From: Planctomycetota bacterium
GTDB taxonomy: Bacteria; Planctomycetota; JAJSAM01; JAJVHW01
Assembly: GCA_022072415.1 (NCBI GenBank)
Contig: JAJVHW010000006.1
Span: 4,958 to 68,957, forward strand
Direction of reading: 5' to 3'
Length of the DNA: 64,000 nucleotides
Below, in pieces: positions 9,969 through 18,513 of this stretch. Within the stretch, counting starts at the first letter, position 1, and the number at the start of each line of letters is the position of its first letter. Under the pieces are notes generated by a model. The model worked only from the letters and a program-made list of their open reading frames with translations, did not search any database and had not been told where the DNA came from. The position numbers were made by a program, and so were the translations under genes.

Positions 9969-12071
9969 TCACCGCGACGGCTCGAGCCTTCCCGTCCCCT
10001 CGGTCGCCGTCCACGCCACCCGCGCGTCGCCGGCCGCCTCGGCGGGCACCTCGAAGGTCTCCGTCGCGCCCCAGGGCCACCGGACCGAGAGCCGGCGCAG
10101 ACGCCCGCCGCTCCCGAGCCCGAGGTGGACGCGCGTGTCCTCGCTGCCGCCGAAGGAGGAGCCGATCCGGACGTCGCGCACGATCGTCCCGCGCGCGCCG
10201 TCGGCGGCTTCCGTCACCGCGGTCACCTTCGCGCCGACGGCCACCGCCCCGTCCTTCCGCAGCACGCGGACCAGCGCCGCCCCGCCGCTCCCGCGGCCGT
10301 CGTTCCGCAGCACGACCGGCGCACCGTCGAGCACGGTCAGGACGAGATCGAGGTGCCCGTCGTCGTCGAGATCCGCGGCGAGGAGGCCTCGGTGCGCGCG
10401 CGGCACCGCCACGTCGCCCGCGTCGCTCGACACCTCGGTGAACCGGCCCGTGCCGTCGTTCCGCATCACGGCCGTGTGCTGGCGGTACGTCGTGTCGGGC
10501 GCCGCGGCGCGCACGTCGGGGTAGAGGTGCCCGTTGGCGTAGGCGAGGTCGAGGTCGCCGTCGTTGTCGAGGTCGGCGAACGACGCGCCCCAGCCCAGCG
10601 TCAGGAACCCGGGGCGGCCCACGCCGGACGCGCTCGTCACGTCGGCGAAGACCGGCGCGCCGGTCGCTCCCATCGAGCGGTAGAGGATGTTCGTCTCGTG
10701 GCTGAAGTTGGTGACGAAGAGGTCGGTCCGCCCGTCGCCGTCGGCGTCGCCCGCCGCGACGCCCATGCTCGCCTGCTCGGCGCCCTGTCCGTCGGACGCG
10801 CAGCCCGACTCGACCGCGGCGTCGCGGAAGCGCCCGCGTCCGTCGTTGAGGAGCAGCACGTTCTTCTGCGCGTCGGCCGCGACGTACACGTCCGGGTCCC
10901 CGTCGTCGTCGTAGTCGGCGACGACCGCCTGGAACGACCAGCGGCGGAGGTGCGGCGGAAGGCACGCGTCCGTGGCGTCGTCGAACGTGCCGTCGCCGCG
11001 GTTCAGGTACACGCGGTCGCGCTGCGGCTCGAGCGGCGCGGGGCCGCACGCGACCGGGAGCGATCGCCACGTGCAGGAGCGGCCGTGCGCCGACTCCTGC
11101 ATGAAGCGGTGCATGTTCGCGTAGTTCGCCACGTAGAGGTCGAGGTCGCCGTCGCCGTCGAAGTCGGACATCGCGGCCGACGTGCTCCACTCGTCCTCGC
11201 CGCCGCCGATCCCCGCGCCTTCGGACGCTTCGCGGAAGCGCATGCCCCCTTCGTTCAGGAACAGGCGGTTCCGGCCGAGGCACGCGACGTAGACGTCGAG
11301 CCGCCCGTCGCCGTTCACGTCCCCCGCCACGGCGCCGCAGCCCCATGCGTCGGCGCGGAGGCCGGACTGCCTCGACACGTCGGTGAAGCGGAATCCGCCG
11401 TCGTTCCGGTAGAGCCGCCAGGTCTCGCCGACCCGCTCGCCGCCGACCAGCGCGGCGGCGCCCGGGAAGAAGAGGTCGAGGTCGCCGTCGCCGTCCGCGT
11501 CGAACGCGCACGCGCCGTGCCCCGTGGTCTCGACCATCCAGTCCTTCGAGTCGAGGCGACCGCGGAGCGGCGCGGCGGTGATGCCCGACCCGCGCGTGAC
11601 GTTCGCGAACTGCGGGCCGTCGTAGCCGGGAACGTGCGGCGCGGCGAGCGCGTAGCCTTCGACGGGGTCCTCGGGGGTGGCGGGTCCGACGGTGCCCGAG
11701 TTCCAGGCCGCCCACCCGGCGACCGCGGCGAGGACCGCCGCGGCGGCCGCGGCGGCGCGCAGGCCCGCGCGACGCATCGGCGTCACCCGCCCCGCCGGGA
11801 GCGCGGACATCACGCGGGCCACGAGTGCGCGGTCGGCCTCGTGCTCCGACGCTGCGTCGGGGACGAGTTCGGCGCGGAGCAGGTCGGCCGTGGCGCGGAG
11901 CTCGTCGCGGAGCGCGGCGCAGTCCGGGCAGGCGGCGAGGTGCTCGACCATCGCCACGCGTTCGTGCGACGGGACTCCCGCCTCCTCGACGGGGATCGTG
12001 TCGCCGATCGTGCGCTCGAGCACGCGCTCCGCGGCGGCGCAGGCCGGCGGACGCGGGTCGCGGGCGGTCAC
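9969..12071 (-). CDS. Zinc anti-sigma factor (HxxxCxxC) fused via a TM helix to a CRTAC1/FG-GAP/ASPIC-UnbV domain
   Basis: N-terminal EHLAACPDC, TM AAAAAAAVLAAVAGWAAW, multiple DxDxDGDxD repeats, VHLGLG...VRWPWG; GTGA-coupled to the ECF sigma. Confidence 0.88.
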   Translation of the reverse strand: MTARDPRPPACAAAERVLERTIGDTIPVEEAGVPSHERVAMVEHLAACPDCAALRDELRATADLLRAELVPDAASEHEADRALVARVMSALPAGRVTPMRRAGLRAAAAAAAVLAAVAGWAAWNSGTVGPATPEDPVEGYALAAPHVPGYDGPQFANVTRGSGITAAPLRGRLDSKDWMVETTGHGACAFDADGDGDLDLFFPGAAALVGGERVGETWRLYRNDGGFRFTDVSRQSGLRADAWGCGAVAGDVNGDGRLDVYVACLGRNRLFLNEGGMRFREASEGAGIGGGEDEWSTSAAMSDFDGDGDLDLYVANYANMHRFMQESAHGRSCTWRSLPVACGPAPLEPQRDRVYLNRGDGTFDDATDACLPPHLRRWSFQAVVADYDDDGDPDVYVAADAQKNVLLLNDGRGRFRDAAVESGCASDGQGAEQASMGVAAGDADGDGRTDLFVTNFSHETNILYRSMGATGAPVFADVTSASGVGRPGFLTLGWGASFADLDNDGDLDLAYANGHLYPDVRAAAPDTTYRQHTAVMRNDGTGRFTEVSSDAGDVAVPRAHRGLLAADLDDDGHLDLVLTVLDGAPVVLRNDGRGSGGAALVRVLRKDGAVAVGAKVTAVTEAADGARGTIVRDVRIGSSFGGSEDTRVHLGLGSGGRLRRLSVRWPWGATETFEVPAEAAGDARVAWTATEGTGRLEPSR

Positions 12072-12682
12072 TGTCCGTCCTCCATCCGTTCGCGGAGCTT
12101 CCGGAGCGCGCGGGAGATGCGCATCGCGACCGCGGGCGGCTGTTCGCCGAGTGCGGCGGCGATGTCCTTCACCGCCTGCCCTTCGCGGAATCGGAGGAGC
12201 AGGACGATCCGCGTCCTCTCGTCGAGCTCCGCCAGGTGTCCGAGCATGGTGCGCGTCTCCTCCGCCCGTTCCATCGCCGCGCCGGGAGCGGCGGCGCCGG
12301 GGTCGGCGAGTTCCTCGATCGTGCGGTCGGCGGAGTCGTCGCTCCCGCCGTCGCCGCCCCGTCCCGTCGCGGGGGCGAGCGGCCCCCCCGCCCGCCGCTT
12401 CCGGCGCCGGAGCTCCTCCAGCGCTCGGTGCGTGGCGATGGTCGAGAGCCACCCCGCGAACCGTTCCGGGTCGGCGAGCGACGGCAGGCGTTCGAACGCG
12501 GCGAGGAAGACATCCTGCGCCGCGTCCTCGGCCTCCGGCGACCTGCCGAGCCGGGCCGTGACGAGCGCGCGCACGACGCCCGCGTACTTCTCCGCGAGCC
12601 GCCCGAACGCGGAGCGGTCGCCCCCCCTTGCGAGGAGGACGAGCTCGGCGTCCTCGGCGAACCCGGCGGGAGCGTCGGTCAT
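12068..12682 (-). CDS. ECF-subfamily sigma-70 factor
   Basis: Region 2 AEDAAQDVFLAAF...FAGWL..IA; region 4 LLRFREG..VKDIAAALG.....V.MRISRA. Confidence 0.93.
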   Translation of the reverse strand: MTDAPAGFAEDAELVLLARGGDRSAFGRLAEKYAGVVRALVTARLGRSPEAEDAAQDVFLAAFERLPSLADPERFAGWLSTIATHRALEELRRRKRRAGGPLAPATGRGGDGGSDDSADRTIEELADPGAAAPGAAMERAEETRTMLGHLAELDERTRIVLLLRFREGQAVKDIAAALGEQPPAVAMRISRALRKLRERMEDGQ

Positions 12683-13042
12683 CGTGCGCCCGGCGTCCGT
12701 GCCCGGCCTGTGCATGGGAGGATGCTCCCCGACCCGCGCCGCAACACCGAGGGGAAGGGGACGCCCCGGCCGGACCCCATCCGCACCCCGAGCCTCGCAT
12801 CCGGCGCCGCCCCGCGACTCCCCGCACCCCCCCCCTGCCAGCCGCTTCCAACGAACCCGCGCCCAGACCCGCCGGGGGCGACGACGTCAGCCAGGTCTTC
12901 GGACGTCCGCAGGAAGCGAACAGGCTGTCGTGATCACTACAGATCCGCAGGCGCTCATCGCCCCGCCCGGCGTGCAGTCAGGGCAACGGGGCGACGCGAA
13001 CGGGAGCTTTCGAGTGTTTGAGAGCCGTCCCCGTTGGCCCGC

Positions 13043-13516
13043 TCATCCATCCTCTCCCCAGGCCCCATTGGACTCGGAGCAAAGGAAGACCGTTCGCCCC
13101 GGATACAACCCAAACGGATCTCGAATGATAACGTACCTTCCACCCAATCCCGGTCCCCAATCCGGGCGTGGCTCAATAAACCTAAACAGCGTGGGCCGAA
13201 GATCGATGCGCTCAGGTGCGATATCCATGACATTCATTCGAAGATACCCGCTCACGGCCGCGCTATGAGAGATTCGATGTTTCAACGTTTGCCCAGACAG
13301 TATCGACAACACGATCGCGATCACTCCCGCCGGACCGGAAACAATGGAGAACGATCGGACTAACAGCGACGACTTCCTGCACCTGTTCGCAAATGGCACA
13401 AACCACAAGAATGCAGCGATGGCGACTGCAATCACCGCGCCCGTGCGCGCGAATACCCAGGCAAGCATGAACGAAAGCAGCGTCCCGATCAACAGACGAA
13501 ACGTCCACTTATGCAT
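13043..13516 (-). CDS. Low-GC orphan membrane protein (possible immunity protein)
   Basis: 157-aa ORF with three N-terminal hydrophobic segments, starting 10 nt after the stop of a Cys-rich remnant. Confidence 0.65.
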   Translation of the reverse strand: MHKWTFRLLIGTLLSFMLAWVFARTGAVIAVAIAAFLWFVPFANRCRKSSLLVRSFSIVSGPAGVIAIVLSILSGQTLKHRISHSAAVSGYLRMNVMDIAPERIDLRPTLFRFIEPRPDWGPGLGGRYVIIRDPFGLYPGRTVFLCSESNGAWGEDG

Positions 13517-13525
13517 TGGCGGTAC

Positions 13526-13706
13526 CTACTTACTCCTAAGCCTCTTCCACGTGATCGATCCACTTGAGCCGCATCCAGGAGCCGAGTTTCGACATCCGAA
13601 CCACACCGGCTTGTTGCCGCGTAGATGCCCGAAGAGCAGTGCGTACATGCAACACTCCTTGCAGCATTTTGACTGCCTCTCCTTGGACGCGCAGTTTCGA
13701 CCGCAT
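13526..13706 (-). pseudogene. Cys-rich C-terminal gene remnant cut by an IS end (possible Rhs toxin tip)
   Basis: About 60 codons with 8 Cys (CGRNC...KCCKECC...GC...GC) and no start of its own; begins at the IS junction. Confidence 0.4.
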
Positions 13707-13707
13707 C

Positions 13708-14621
13708 TGTGGTGTGCCAAGAAACGATTCCGGTTTGACGAGGGCGTTCACCGGACACCTCGGGTTCGTCTGATGAGTCCGAGTTCCTCCATCGATGCAT
13801 AGATCGCTTCACGCCGCGCCTTGCGCCGCGCTCGCTCCGATTCGACGCCCGGCAGGGCCTCGGCGAGACGACGGCTGAGGGTCGCGAGGAAGCGTTCACG
13901 AGTCCCAGCATCGTACCAACCCGTCAAGTCCGCGTCCGCCGCCGAGGCCGTCCTGTACCCGAGCCCTCTGCGCAGCCGCCGTTCGTCGAGCAGCGTTCTT
14001 GCCTTCTCGATGCGTGCACGGACCGGGGCGGCGTCGTTCACGACGACACCGCGGCCGAGACCCGTCTCCTCCTTCAGCTCGCGGTTCGTCCTCTCGACCC
14101 ACGCGCTGTGCTGCGGCGTGTGCGGCAGCAAGAGCGGATGCACGACGCCCTGCTCCTTCAGCCACTCCTCGACCGTCCCGCACCTGTAGATCGGGCCGTT
14201 GTCCGTCACAAGCACGAGCGGCAGGCGGCCGCGCTCCACGGCGATCCGCGTGAGGAGTCGCACGACCGCGTCGCCGTCCGCCGGAGCGCCGACCTCGGCG
14301 GCGAGGATCCTCGGCGTCGACACCTCGCGCACCACCTGCCCCTCGACCGCCTCCCCGCCTTCGGTGCGCGCGAGGTGCGTTCCGTCCATCGACCACATCA
14401 CGTCGCGGCCCCCGACCTCTACCGATGTGCGGTGTTCGGCCGCGTGCCCGCGCCGCTGCCTGCGGCGGCTCTGCTTGATCTCGGCGAGGCACTGCCGCAC
14501 GAGGCAGATCGTGAACTTCCGCCAGAAGTCCGGGACCGCCGACGTGCTCGACATCCACGCGCGCCTCGCCACGGCTCTTGAGAGGCTCCGCGAGCGCCAG
14601 CGCCGCACCTGACACACCGCC
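13708..14621 (-). mobile_element. IS481-like element copy A, N-terminally incomplete DDE (rve) transposase at 13748-14617
   Basis: WSMDGTH...VTDNG...TPQH...VERTNRELK (D-D-E); terminus TGTGGTGTGCCAAG at 13708; a 10/14 inverted match at 14608-14621 may be the other end. Confidence 0.82.
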
Positions 14622-14629
14622 GGGTCCGG

Positions 14630-14905
14630 TGACTACGTGTCCTCTCCCACCGCGGGCGCACCTACCAGAGCGTGAAGGCGAGCCTGCGGATCACCCTCCG
14701 CCGGGCCGGGCTCGGCGACCGCCACGACCTCACGTTCCACAGCTTCCGCCACAGCTTCGCGACGTACTTCCTGGAGCGCGCCGGGGCGGTCACGGACCTC
14801 CAGCAGCAGCTCGGGCATGCGGACCTGAGCACGACGCAGATCTACGCGACGGGGGTCTCGGCGCGGCGGCGGGAGGCGGTGATGGGGATGGAGTTCGGCG
14901 GGTGA
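14630..14905 (+). pseudogene. Tyrosine recombinase/integrase C-terminal fragment
   Basis: [11 protein letters not shown]...[16 protein letters not shown]. The 5' part is missing and the DYV/LSHRGR segment near 14640 is frameshifted. Confidence 0.85.
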
Positions 14906-15005
14906 AGGGGAGCACGTCCGCATCCCGCTCCCGGACGCCCGAGGTGACGATCATCCGTCAGAAAGCAACCGAATGTCGTAATCCGTAGCCTGGAAACCGA
15001 TGTCA

Positions 15006-15413
15006 TCAACGTCCCGCCGGAACTCTGAATGACACCTCGCCGCGCGAGTTTGCACCCTCAATGGTCGGCTCACCCGCGTCGTCAAATCCGATCACAATTC
15101 GGGAGCCGGTGCCAGACAGCAGCTCCAACGCTGGGGAGTTGCCCCCACCGCCACGAGCGACCATCAGCCGGGCGTACGACTTGTGGTCTGGACCAATGAC
15201 CCCAACCGATGATCGTCCATGCTCCTGACTCCACTCCATAAACGCAATCTGGCGTGGCTCCGCCTCGTTTCCCACGCACAGCTGGCGGCGCGAGCTCTCG
15301 CCGAGCAGCGTGACGGTACGGTGCAGTCTTCGGAACTCGCGGAGTGCGCCGATCGAGGACACGACAATCAGGACCCCAAGAGTAGCCAACCAGAACATCG
15401 TCGCTCGAGTCAC
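15006..15413 (-). CDS. Low-GC orphan protein with N-terminal membrane anchor
   Basis: 135-aa ORF, GTG start with GGAGGT RBS, one N-terminal hydrophobic helix. Confidence 0.65.
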   Translation of the reverse strand: MTRATMFWLATLGVLIVVSSIGALREFRRLHRTVTLLGESSRRQLCVGNEAEPRQIAFMEWSQEHGRSSVGVIGPDHKSYARLMVARGGGGNSPALELLSGTGSRIVIGFDDAGEPTIEGANSRGEVSFRVPAGR

Positions 15414-15551
15414 TCAACTCACCTCCGGTCGGGATCGAACTAGTGCCTTCTAGCCTTCATGAGATGCTAGTCAATCGAAAAGCCAGTTCCAGACCTTTGT
15501 CCAGATGCTGTCTCCGCCCGTATGTTCCTCGACGACTGGCTCGACCTCTAG

Positions 15552-15842
15552 GTCCGCAACAGCAGCACAGACGCGAGCAACGTCTCGATCGCCGCCTTTG
15601 ACCTCTACGGCGCGGGTCTCCGGCTGAAGAAGACCTCCTTCGGGAACGGCAACACCTCTGAGCTCGTCTACGACGGCTTCCGCCGCCCGGTCGAGATCAA
15701 CCACAAGCTCTCGGGGGGCAGCGAGTTCGCGGGGCAGGACTGCGCCTGGGACAAGAACGACAACCCCCTCATGGAGAAGCGGAGCCACGAGTCCGGGAAG
15801 GGCGACGTCTACACCTACGACAACCCTCAAGTTGATTGTTGA
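15552..15842 (+). pseudogene. Rhs/YD-repeat core fragment (not in the ORF track)
   Basis: Manual translation gives ...KTSFGNGNTSELVYDGFRRPVEINHK...AWDKNDNPLMEKRSHESGKGDVYTYD; no start codon; high GC3 unlike the flanks. Confidence 0.75.
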
Positions 15843-15904
15843 GAGCGTCCCACTTGGCAACTCTTGACCGTACCCCGGCGCGACTGGCCCGGGTGAGTAT
15901 GACG

Positions 15905-16351
15905 CTACTTCTGCCCGGGTGAGTATCCGCTTGCGGGCGGCTCGGAGACGATGACGACAGAGGGCTCAACTACACGGCATTCAACTTTCAAGTCACGAAA
16001 AGCGTCACGAAGCCGAACAACGCCCGCGGGTCGCTTCGCCTCAAGGAGGCACTCCCCCGACACGGGAAACCCCAAGCGCTCCTTGATGCGACCGATCAAA
16101 GCTGTTGCACCGTAGCGATGAATCTCCGTCAACTTCAGATACTCCGAATCACCGACTTCCATCCACTGTCCGCGCCCACTCATCGCTAGCCCCCCGACTC
16201 CATGAACATCAACACAGAGATCTGTATCCCCACGTAGATGGGCGTTGTGATGCACCCAATAAGTGTGTTCATCGATGAACACCCACAGCGCGACGACGGC
16301 CGCCGTCGTGACCACTACAATCTTCAGCAACAGTCGGCGGTTCACACGCAT
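15905..16351 (-). CDS. Low-GC orphan protein with N-terminal membrane anchor
   Basis: MRVNRRLLLKIVVVTTAAVVALWVF...; starts 60 nt past IS copy B. Confidence 0.6.
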   Translation of the reverse strand: MRVNRRLLLKIVVVTTAAVVALWVFIDEHTYWVHHNAHLRGDTDLCVDVHGVGGLAMSGRGQWMEVGDSEYLKLTEIHRYGATALIGRIKERLGFPVSGECLLEAKRPAGVVRLRDAFRDLKVECRVVEPSVVIVSEPPASGYSPGQK

Positions 16352-16411
16352 GCCAGCTCTCGAGTGTGACTCATGAAGTGTGATGCATGAAGATAGCTCG
16401 CTTGAGCGACC

Positions 16412-16880
16412 TGTGGTGTGCCAAGAAGCGATTCCGGTTTGACGAGGGCGTTCACAGGTCACCTCGGGTTCGTCTGATGAGTCCGAACTCCTCCGTCGAC
16501 GCGAAGATCGCTTCACGCCGCGCCATGCGCCGCGCACGCTCCGATTCGAGGCCCGGCAGGGCCTCGGCGAGACGACGGCCGAGGGTCGCGAGGAAGTGCC
16601 CACAAGTCCCCGGATCGTACCACCTCGACACGTCGGCGTCCGCCGCCCCCGTCGTGCGCCGGCCGAGGCCGCGGTGGCGCCGCTCCTCGTTCAGCACACG
16701 GCGCGAGCACTCGATCCGTTCCCCAGCCTCGGCGGGCGTCCTCACGACGACCCCGCGGCCGCGGCCGGACACCTCCCTCAGCTCACGGTCCGTCCGCTCG
16801 CCCCGCGCGCTCTGCTGCGGCGTGAACGCCAGCGACAGCAGGTGCACGCGGGCATCGCTCAGGAAGTCCTCGTCCATGTC
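16412..16880 (-). mobile_element. IS481-like element copy B (degraded 3' end only)
   Basis: Same TGTGGTGTGCCAAGAAxCGATTCCGGTTTGACGAGGGCGTTCAC terminus and transposase C-terminus (...RLAEALPGLESERARR...EEFGLIRRTRG). Inner boundary approximate. Confidence 0.85.
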
Positions 16881-17063
16881 ACCTCCGACGCCGGAGGTGA
16901 GCGTCAGTCGCGGGCGTCGAGTTGCGGTCAGCCCGGCGCGTCACGGGCGGAAGTGAGGAACGCGCGATGCCCGGCACGGCCCGGCTCGGCCGGCGGGTAC
17001 CTGGCACCGAGTGCATCACCGAGCGGTGGGTTTGTACCTGGCTCCGCATGACATGGCTCCGTG

Positions 17064-17684
17064 TTACCGCGAACCGACGCACGAAAGCTCCACTCGGATC
17101 AGCGCGTCTCCCCGAACATCAATGACGTCCTTTGAGATGTATCCGCGAGCCACCCCCCGAGAGAGGGATGAAACGTAGACCCAGAACTGCCCCCTTCGAG
17201 CCGTCGGGAACACGACGCCCTGTCGGTACACCTTCGCATTCATCACGCACCTGTGCCGGAGCTCGCTTGAACTCAGTCCGCGCACGTCATCGACTGACTT
17301 GCGAGGGATCAGTCCAGCGACTTCGGATTCGCCACCTTTCGGTAATGGACGCCGAACCAGTCTCAGCTCGACGCGGACGCCCCGAGCCAACGTGATCGAA
17401 ACGTGCACTGTCCGACCTTGAACTACAAGCCGAATGCTCCGCGCTTGATACGTCGACAAGTCTTTCACGGAGACAAGACGTAGCGACTCGCGGCCCGCTA
17501 TCACCTCAGCAAATCTCGGGGAGCCCTCACAGAGGGCTGTGAACTGACCCCGCGCATCCGTTTCGCAACGATACTCCGACAGCCACGCGCCGTCGGACGC
17601 GGTGAACGTGACTGCCACCTGCGCACACTCTACTGGAGTGCCGCTTCGACTGAGTACTCGTCCAACGACCGCGGTCGAACGCAT
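17064..17684 (-). CDS. Low-GC orphan protein, N-terminus resembles a carboxypeptidase-regulatory-like beta-sandwich
   Basis: VVGRVLSRSGTPVECAQV...ETDARGQF pattern; GAGGT RBS and TGATG overlap. Confidence 0.6.
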   Translation of the reverse strand: MRSTAVVGRVLSRSGTPVECAQVAVTFTASDGAWLSEYRCETDARGQFTALCEGSPRFAEVIAGRESLRLVSVKDLSTYQARSIRLVVQGRTVHVSITLARGVRVELRLVRRPLPKGGESEVAGLIPRKSVDDVRGLSSSELRHRCVMNAKVYRQGVVFPTARRGQFWVYVSSLSRGVARGYISKDVIDVRGDALIRVELSCVGSR

Positions 17685-17743
17685 CAGCGCTCACCTCGCA
17701 TGAGTGCCCGCAACATGCGCACATTATGCCTCACAGGAAACAC

Positions 17744-18165
17744 TGTGGTGTGCCAAGAAACGATTCCGGTTTGACGAGGGCGTTCACCGGTCACCTCGGG
17801 TTCGTCCGATGAGTCCGAACTCCTCCGTCGACGCGAAGATCGCTTCACGCCGCGCCATGCGCCGCGCACGCTCCGATTCGAGGCCCGGCAGGGCCTCGGC
17901 GAGACGACGGCCGAGGGTCGCGAGGAAGCGTCCACAAGTGCCCGGATCGTACCACCTCGACACGTTGGCGTCCGCCGCCCCCGTCGTGCGCCGGCCGAGG
18001 CCGCGGCGGCACCGCTCCTCGTTCAGCACGCGGCGCGAGCACTCGATCCGTACACCGGCCTCGGCGGGCGTCCTCACGACGACCCGGCGGCCGAGGTCGG
18101 ACGCCCTCTTCCGCTCACGGTTCGTCCGCTCGACCCGCGCGCTGTGCTGCGGCGTGTGCGGCCCG
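17744..18165 (-). mobile_element. IS481-like element copy C (3' end only)
   Basis: Nearly identical to copy B; transposase similarity stops after PHTPQH. Confidence 0.85.
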
Positions 18166-18513
18166 GTCTGGACGTGCGCGGCGCCTCGCCGCGCGGAGTG
18201 CATCGCGCCGCAGACGAGAGCGAGGGTCGTGCCGAACCGCCTTGCGGCGTCTGCCCAGGTCGTGCTGCGTGACGTGGCGTGGAGCGCGTGGAGTTCGTGG
18301 GTCGTCAACGCGCGACGGGATTCCGCTGCGAGCGCGGCGCATTGCGCGGCATGGACAGCGACATTGAGTGCCTCCCGTTCCCGGCCCCGCGGCCCCGCGG
18401 TCCCGTCGTCGCCGGCGCGCGGCCGCTGTGCCCGGGGGGAGCGCGGCTCGGCTCCCCGCTCCACCGCAGCGGAACGTGACGTTCGCCCCCCGCCGCCGTC
18501 CTACACTCCGGCC

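Larger units (their letters stand above)
12900..18400. mobile_element. Low-GC accessory island of IS, integrase and Rhs remnants with orphan genes
   Basis: Visible drop in GC/GC3, three IS ends, tyrosine-integrase and Rhs fragments. Boundaries approximate. Confidence 0.8.

Noticed and set aside
12981..13040. Hairpin bounded by AAC...GTT just after orphan 13043, considered as an integron attC
   Set aside because: Poor RYYYAAC/GTTRRRY match, no unpaired R-L spacer, no similar site after the other orphans, and nothing in the surviving integrase fragment identifies it as IntI.
15471..15860. 129-aa minus-strand ORF in the track
   Set aside because: Mostly the antisense of the Rhs fragment; only its last ~25 codons may be a real gene tail.
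16380..17760. Outward TTGGCA -35 in the IS ends forming hybrid promoters for cargo genes
   Set aside because: The nearest -10-like hexamers are 22-23 nt away, not about 17.
13708..17790. Three-copy repeat considered as a CRISPR array or DGR
   Set aside because: The repeats are hundreds of bp of transposase tail, kilobases apart, with no cas or reverse transcriptase gene in the window.
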